This document shows positions 59,036 through 64,000 of a stretch of 64,000 nt of DNA, piece after piece. Numbering within the stretch: the first letter of the stretch is position 1; the number at the start of each line of letters is the position of its first letter. The notes beneath the pieces are model-generated. The model made no database searches, was not told where the DNA came from, and saw only the letters and a list, made by a program, of their open reading frames with translations. The stretch is from an uncultured delta proteobacterium (GTDB lineage Bacteria; Myxococcota_A; Polyangia; Haliangiales; Haliangiaceae), in contig CAWKDB010000010.1 of assembly GCA_963848295.1 (NCBI GenBank), positions 4,736,001 to 4,800,000 of the forward strand, read 5' to 3'. A program made the position numbers and the translations under genes.

Positions 59036-60479
59036 GCCTGCAATCGCGACCGCACTCTCCGAGTTGTTCGCGCCCGTGCGCGCGACCGCCGCGTCGACCG
59101 CCCGCTTGCTCGCGCGGTTGGGAACGCGGATCGATGCCTTGTCGCTCGATCTCGCGCGCGATGCCGGTGCGATCGCGCGCAACGCTCAAGCGTTCGCCGG
59201 CGCCGCTCGCGAACAAGCGACCTCGTTGACCCGCGCGACGCCGCGGATCACGCGCCTCGCTCAGGTCGCGGCAGCATTGCTCGCGCGCCAGCGCTGGTTG
59301 CGGCTCGCGGCGGCGGCGCGCGGGCACGACCGGCTCGGCGAAGACGATCATCGCGATCTGGCGCAGCGGGCGACCGCGTACGCCGCGGAGCTGCGCGGTG
59401 GCATCGCGAAGCTCGGCCAGCTCGCGTCGTGCCGGCCGGATCTCGTCGGCGCGGTGTGGGCGAGCGAGCTCGCGCAGCTCCAGGACGAAGTGCCGGCCGT
59501 CGCGACCGAAGCGATCCGCCAGCGGATCGAGGCCGAGCTCGGCAAGCCGATCACCGATGTGTTCGCCGAGCTCTCCGATGAGCCACTCGCCGCCGCGTCG
59601 CTCGCGCAGGTTCACGCCGCGCGGCTAGCCGATGGAGCGCACGTCGTCGTCAAGGTTCAGGTCCCGGGCATCGAGGACGTCATCGCCGCCGACATCGCGG
59701 CGCTGCGCGCGGTCGCCGGCGTGGTCGGCGACGTCCCGGGCGTCGATCTGCCAACGCTGACCAAAGAGCTCGTGCGCGCGCTCGCGATCGAGCTCGACTA
59801 CACCGCCGAAGCCGACGCGATGCAGCGGTTCGCGACGAGCGCCGGCCCGAAGGTCGTCGTGCCCGAGCCGATCGCGCATGCATCGTCGCCGCGCATCCTC
59901 ACGATGACGAAGGTCACCGGCGAGCGGCTCGCGGCGTACCTCGAGCACGCCGCGTCCGCCGATCGCGACCGCATCCTCGGCGTCCTCGTCGCGGAGGTCG
60001 CGGAGCAAGTCCTCGTCCACGGTTTCGTCCACGCCGATCCGCATCCCGGCAACTTCCTCGTCACACCGGACGGCAAGCTCGCGATCCTCGACTTCGGTTG
60101 CATGCTCGAGCTCTCGACGGCAGAGCGCGGCGCGTACGCACGGCTCGTGCTCGCGATCGCGTCGGGCAATCGCGAAGGCGCGGGAGCCGAGCTCGCGACG
60201 CTCGGCTTCTCCGCCGACGATCCCGCACAGCTCGTCGAGCTCGCCGGCTCGTTGGTCGGCGCGATGCGCCCGGGCGCCGACGTCGCGACCCTCGATTGGC
60301 AAGCGGCGTTCTCCGATCAGATCGCGCGCGCGAAGCAGCTCGACGGTCTGACGATTCCCCCGTCGTTCGTGTTGCTCGGCCGCGTGCTCGTGACCGTCGC
60401 GGGCTTACTCGCCCGCTATCGCCCGGCGATCCAGCTCCACGCGTTGCTCGCGCGCCACCTCGCTGCCGCGGTCGGCTAG
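59028..60479 (+). CDS. AarF/ABC1/UbiB family atypical kinase
   Basis: KLGQLAS.RPD, LQDEVP, AAASLAQVH, VVKVQ, ELDY, HADPHPGN, LDFG. Confidence 0.92.
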   Translation: MNEPAIATALSELFAPVRATAASTARLLARLGTRIDALSLDLARDAGAIARNAQAFAGAAREQATSLTRATPRITRLAQVAAALLARQRWLRLAAAARGHDRLGEDDHRDLAQRATAYAAELRGGIAKLGQLASCRPDLVGAVWASELAQLQDEVPAVATEAIRQRIEAELGKPITDVFAELSDEPLAAASLAQVHAARLADGAHVVVKVQVPGIEDVIAADIAALRAVAGVVGDVPGVDLPTLTKELVRALAIELDYTAEADAMQRFATSAGPKVVVPEPIAHASSPRILTMTKVTGERLAAYLEHAASADRDRILGVLVAEVAEQVLVHGFVHADPHPGNFLVTPDGKLAILDFGCMLELSTAERGAYARLVLAIASGNREGAGAELATLGFSADDPAQLVELAGSLVGAMRPGADVATLDWQAAFSDQIARAKQLDGLTIPPSFVLLGRVLVTVAGLLARYRPAIQLHALLARHLAAAVG

Positions 60480-61159
60480 AACGTACCGGACGGCGGCTTC
60501 GTGATCGTCGCGACCGGCTTGCCGTTCGCGATCGAGCCGTCCGCGGTGAACGTCGCGATCGCACCGTCGCAATCGGTGTCGCCTGCCGCGGTTGCACGAT
60601 AGGTCTTGCCGTCGACGCTCTCGTAGCTGTACTGGTACCCTTGGTCGCCGTCGAGCTTGAAGCCGAGTGCGCTCCACACCGGATCGCTCGCCCACGCGGT
60701 CGTTCCCTGGCACACGTTCTTCGGACCACCACAGCAGCCGGTGTCGCTCGCGGCGCCGCCCGCCGCCGGCAGGAGCTTCGCCTTGCCGATCGGAAACGCA
60801 CCGTGCGCGGCGTAGTACGCCTCGGCGGCCGCGACCACCGCGTCGAGCTTCGCGCTGTACGGGCTGCGTCTCTCTCCTTCTCTGCGTCCTTCGATGATGC
60901 AGTGCTTGACGGCGTCGGCATCGCCATCTGCGGTCGCGAGCACGCACTTGGTGCCCGGATCCTTCTCGAACTTGTCGATGTTCTTGCGACACTTCGCGAC
61001 GTTGTCGGCTCTCTGGTCGACCAGGATCTTCGCGTCGTCCGGCTGATCCTTGCGCGCGGCGGCGACCAGCTTGTCGTAGAACCGTGCGCAATCGTCGGAC
61101 TTCGAACAGCCGGAGAGCGTCGCGGCGAGCGCGGCGAGCATAAATGCGCGTGACATCAT
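60476..61159 (-). CDS. Lipoprotein with C-terminal type IV pilin-like globular domain
   Basis: Lipobox LSGC; LDAVVAAAEAYY...FP, WSALGF, YQYSY, AAGDTDCDG. Confidence 0.65.
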   Translation of the reverse strand: MMSRAFMLAALAATLSGCSKSDDCARFYDKLVAAARKDQPDDAKILVDQRADNVAKCRKNIDKFEKDPGTKCVLATADGDADAVKHCIIEGRREGERRSPYSAKLDAVVAAAEAYYAAHGAFPIGKAKLLPAAGGAASDTGCCGGPKNVCQGTTAWASDPVWSALGFKLDGDQGYQYSYESVDGKTYRATAAGDTDCDGAIATFTADGSIANGKPVATITKPPSGTF

Positions 61160-61241
61160 GACTAGCGATCCGGACGGCAGCTCGCGCAGAGAGTCGCACC
61201 GCAAGTAGCGAACGGGTGGGACTTCGCATCCAATAGCGGCA

Positions 61242-62087
61242 ATGCGTTCGCGCGGCGTGCTGTACATGGCGGCGAGCGCCTTCGGGTTCTCGGTGATGAG
61301 CTTGCAGGTCAAGCTCGCCGTGGTTGATCTACCGACCGGGGAGCTCGTCTTCGCGCGCGCGGTCGTCACGCTCGCGTTGTCGTACGCGATGGTGCGCCGC
61401 CTCGGGTTGTCGCCGTGGGGCCATGACCGAGCGCGACTCGCGCTGCGCGGCTTGCTCGGTTTCGGCGGGCTCGCCTGTTACTACGCTGCGATCGCGTTGC
61501 TGCCGCTCGCCGATGCGACGACGTTGCAGAACACGACGCCGCTGTTCACCGCCGTGCTCGCGTGGTGGTTGCTCGGCGAACGGGTCGGCGCGGGCGCGGC
61601 GGTGGCGATCGGCTTCGGGCTCGGAGGGGTCGTGCTCGTCGCGCATCCGGCGACCGGCGGCCTCGAGCCAACCGGCGTCGCGATCGCGCTGTCGGGCGCG
61701 GTGATCTCGGCGGTCGCGTACGTCACGGTGCGCCGGCTCGTTCGCACCGAGCATCCCTATGTGATCGTGTTCTACTTTCCACTCATCTCGACCCCGCTCG
61801 CGCTGCCATGGGCGCTCGCGCGCTGGGTGTGGCCAACCCCTACCGAGTGGCTGCTGATGGTCGGAATTGGCATCGCGACCCAGGTTGCCCAAGTCTTTCT
61901 GACGCTCGGGCTCGCCGAGCTGCCGGCGGGGCGAGCGACCGCCGTCGGCTACGTGCAGATCTGCTTCGCGATGATCTGGGAGCTCGCGGTGTTCTCGAGG
62001 TGGCCGACGTGGGGAACGGTAGCCGGAGCCGCCCTGATCATCGTCGGCACGCTCGCTGCGATGGCGCGCGCAGCGCCGGCTGAATAG
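61242..62087 (+). CDS. DMT/EamA family transporter
   Basis: About 10 TM in two repeats; LPLADATTL..PLFTAVLAWWLLGER. Confidence 0.9.
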   Translation: MRSRGVLYMAASAFGFSVMSLQVKLAVVDLPTGELVFARAVVTLALSYAMVRRLGLSPWGHDRARLALRGLLGFGGLACYYAAIALLPLADATTLQNTTPLFTAVLAWWLLGERVGAGAAVAIGFGLGGVVLVAHPATGGLEPTGVAIALSGAVISAVAYVTVRRLVRTEHPYVIVFYFPLISTPLALPWALARWVWPTPTEWLLMVGIGIATQVAQVFLTLGLAELPAGRATAVGYVQICFAMIWELAVFSRWPTWGTVAGAALIIVGTLAAMARAAPAE

Positions 62088-62114
62088 CCCGAACCGTTCA
62101 AGCGTTGCATCCAC

Positions 62115-62627
62115 ATGCGTGGCATCGCAGCGTTGGTCACCCTGGCAGCGGCCGCAGCGCCGGCGCGTGCCGAGCTGGCACCGCGCACCGAGCCGATGAT
62201 GATCGCCGACGAGCCGGTGTGCCACCTGCTCAACGCGGCGAAAGGCGATCACTGCAAGCGCGTCGCATCGGCTGGAGACGCGGCGCTCTATCGCTCGGGC
62301 TCGCCGAAGGGCATCCGGCGCTTCGTGGTCGCGATCCCGCATGGCAATGCAACGCTGGTCAGTCCGGCGCTGGATGTATCTGCCGACCTCAGCGATGCCG
62401 CGCCGACGATTCGCGCCATCCAGATCGATGGGCGCGCCGGCCTCGTGGTCGATGTCGTGACGACCCGCGACGACCAACGCGACGAGACGATCGTCGGCTG
62501 CGGCACGACCCCGGCCGGCACGTGGAAGTGCGAGACCGTCGATGTCGGCGAGTGCAGCGCGACGATCGACGACAGCGGAGCGCTGGCCACCTCGTGTGGT
62601 GGCCAGGTCACGCTATCGATTCGCTAG
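62115..62627 (+). CDS. Hypothetical secreted Cys-containing protein
   Basis: Signal peptide ending ARA; six Cys. Confidence 0.65.
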   Translation: MRGIAALVTLAAAAAPARAELAPRTEPMMIADEPVCHLLNAAKGDHCKRVASAGDAALYRSGSPKGIRRFVVAIPHGNATLVSPALDVSADLSDAAPTIRAIQIDGRAGLVVDVVTTRDDQRDETIVGCGTTPAGTWKCETVDVGECSATIDDSGALATSCGGQVTLSIR

Positions 62628-62634
62628 TCGGGCG

Positions 62635-64000
62635 CTATCGGCGGTGGCCGCCGCCGCCGCCACTGTGGCCGCCGCCGCCTCCGCCCCACGAGTGACCGCC
62701 GCCGCCGAACGAGTGACTGCTGCCGCCGCTCGAGTGCGACGGTGAGCTGTACGAGTGCATCGGAGCGCTGTAGTGCGTAGGCGCGTTGTAATGCGTAGGC
62801 GCGTTGTAGCGCTGCATCGGCGCGCGATACGTCTGCGCCGGGGCGCGATAGGTCTGACGATACGTCTGCGGCTGACGATACGTCTGCGGCTGGCGATACG
62901 TCTGCGGCTGACGATACGTCTGGACCGGCTGACGATAGGTCTGGACCGGCTGGCGATACGTCTGGACCGGCTGGCGAAAGCCCTGCTGGCGGCCGCCTTG
63001 GACCTGGCGCGGAATCACCCCGCCGCTCAGCGCCCCGTGGTTGTTGAAGCCGCTGTTGACGCGGCCGCCTGCCGCGAAGCGTGCGTGCATCAGCGAACCG
63101 GGTCGCACGGGATTCGTCCCGCGCACCGGCAGCGTGCCCACGGGTCGCGTCACGCGTAGCCCTTCGGCAGCGTCGCCGAACTCGTGCGCGCGAATGTGAC
63201 CGGCGCCGAGGTCGTGCTCGCCCGCGAATCGCCAGTGCGAGTCGTGCTCGGGCAGCACGTGGTGGCCATCGGTCGAGATCGGCGCTCGGGGCCTCCAGCC
63301 GACGACGCCACCGCCGTGCCGCCAGTCGACCCAGGCCGGGCCCCAATGGTAGCCGCGCTGCCAACCCCAACGATTGCCGAACCAACCCCAGCGACCGTAG
63401 TGGAACGGCAGCCAGCCCCAGTTGTAGTCGCAGTTGAACGTCCAGCCCCACGTGCTCCACACCCACGAACCGCACGATTCGTAAGGCGTGAAGCCGGTGC
63501 CGACCACCGAATCGTCCGGATACCAAACCTGGCCGTAGCCGTCTTCGTTGTCCCATTGGCCGTATCCGTCGAGCGTCGCGTCGATCTCGGCGTCGGTCAC
63601 CGGGTTCATCGCGCCTTGATCGTCTCCGCCCTGCGCCTGCGCGTTCGGGTCGTTCGGATCGCCGGACGCCCCGGCGTTCGGGTCGACGGCGTTCGGGTCG
63701 TAGGGATCGCCATTCGGGTCGCTCTCGCCCTGCACATTTCCCGGGTCCTGGGCCTGACCGTCACCCTGCGGGACATAACCCTGTGTCGGATCGTATCCAG
63801 GCGGCGGGCCGTTCTGCGGGTCGTAGACCCCGGGCGCGCCCTGCTGCGGATAGCCCGGCTGCGCCGGCGGCGCCTGGTCGTAGCCGCCAGGAGGTCCTGC
63901 AACCTCGACGGGTTGCGGCATCGTCCCCTGCGCGTACGTCGAGCCCGATGGGTAGCAGGCCGCGGCGAACGTCAGTGCGCTGAGGGTGATGGCTGCGCGG
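62635..64000 (-). CDS. DUF6600-like Trp-rich lipoprotein (5' partial)
   Basis: Frame open to the window edge (..TFAAAC lipobox); LDGYGQW..YGQVWYP..WGWLPFHYGRW..WGPAWVDWR; Q/P/G-rich flanks. Confidence 0.8.
   Translation of the reverse strand, partial: RAAITLSALTFAAACYPSGSTYAQGTMPQPVEVAGPPGGYDQAPPAQPGYPQQGAPGVYDPQNGPPPGYDPTQGYVPQGDGQAQDPGNVQGESDPNGDPYDPNAVDPNAGASGDPNDPNAQAQGGDDQGAMNPVTDAEIDATLDGYGQWDNEDGYGQVWYPDDSVVGTGFTPYESCGSWVWSTWGWTFNCDYNWGWLPFHYGRWGWFGNRWGWQRGYHWGPAWVDWRHGGGVVGWRPRAPISTDGHHVLPEHDSHWRFAGEHDLGAGHIRAHEFGDAAEGLRVTRPVGTLPVRGTNPVRPGSLMHARFAAGGRVNSGFNNHGALSGGVIPRQVQGGRQQGFRQPVQTYRQPVQTYRQPVQTYRQPQTYRQPQTYRQPQTYRQTYRAPAQTYRAPMQRYNAPTHYNAPTHYSAPMHSYSSPSHSSGGSSHSFGGGGHSWGGGGGGHSGGGGGHRR
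62757..62980 (-). repeat. Coding tandem repeats of 21 and 18 bp (QPVQTYR, QPQTYR, NAPTHY)
   Basis: Directly visible in DNA and translation. Confidence 0.85.

Overview
High-GC bacterial chromosomal window whose gene content (Ser/Thr kinases, lipoproteins, Oar-like and pilin-like modules, sigma-54 promoters) suggests a myxobacterium (Myxococcota, possibly Kofleriaceae-like; inference). About 60 CDS. From left to right: a 2-oxoacid dehydrogenase region (lipB, lpdA, E2, E1beta, two E1alpha) interleaved with envelope genes; a signalling block (PAS histidine kinase, kinase-STAND-TPR protein, second Ser/Thr kinase, NKLSA-repeat lipoprotein); a J-domain/diheme cytochrome c/methyltransferase/GT-C operon with a frameshift; a decayed accessory patch (XRE HTH plus mini-duplicate, truncated HUH transposase); REP-like palindromes; a block with sigma-54-type promoters (CheB/CheR-HK, FadE, aconitase, Hsp20) next to tRNA-Leu(GAG). 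The best candidate for an undescribed system is a 9-kb, seven-gene cluster (48274-57427) encoding a Gfo/Idh/MocA dehydrogenase, PIP-synthase-like enzyme, class III aminotransferase, flippase-like protein, Aur1/IPC-synthase-like enzyme, PimA-like glycosyltransferase and MMPL transporter. It reads as a pathway to a glycosylated (amino)inositol-phospho-lipid or -ceramide. No CRISPR array, rRNA or intact mobile element was seen. All family calls come from motif recognition by eye, not database searches.
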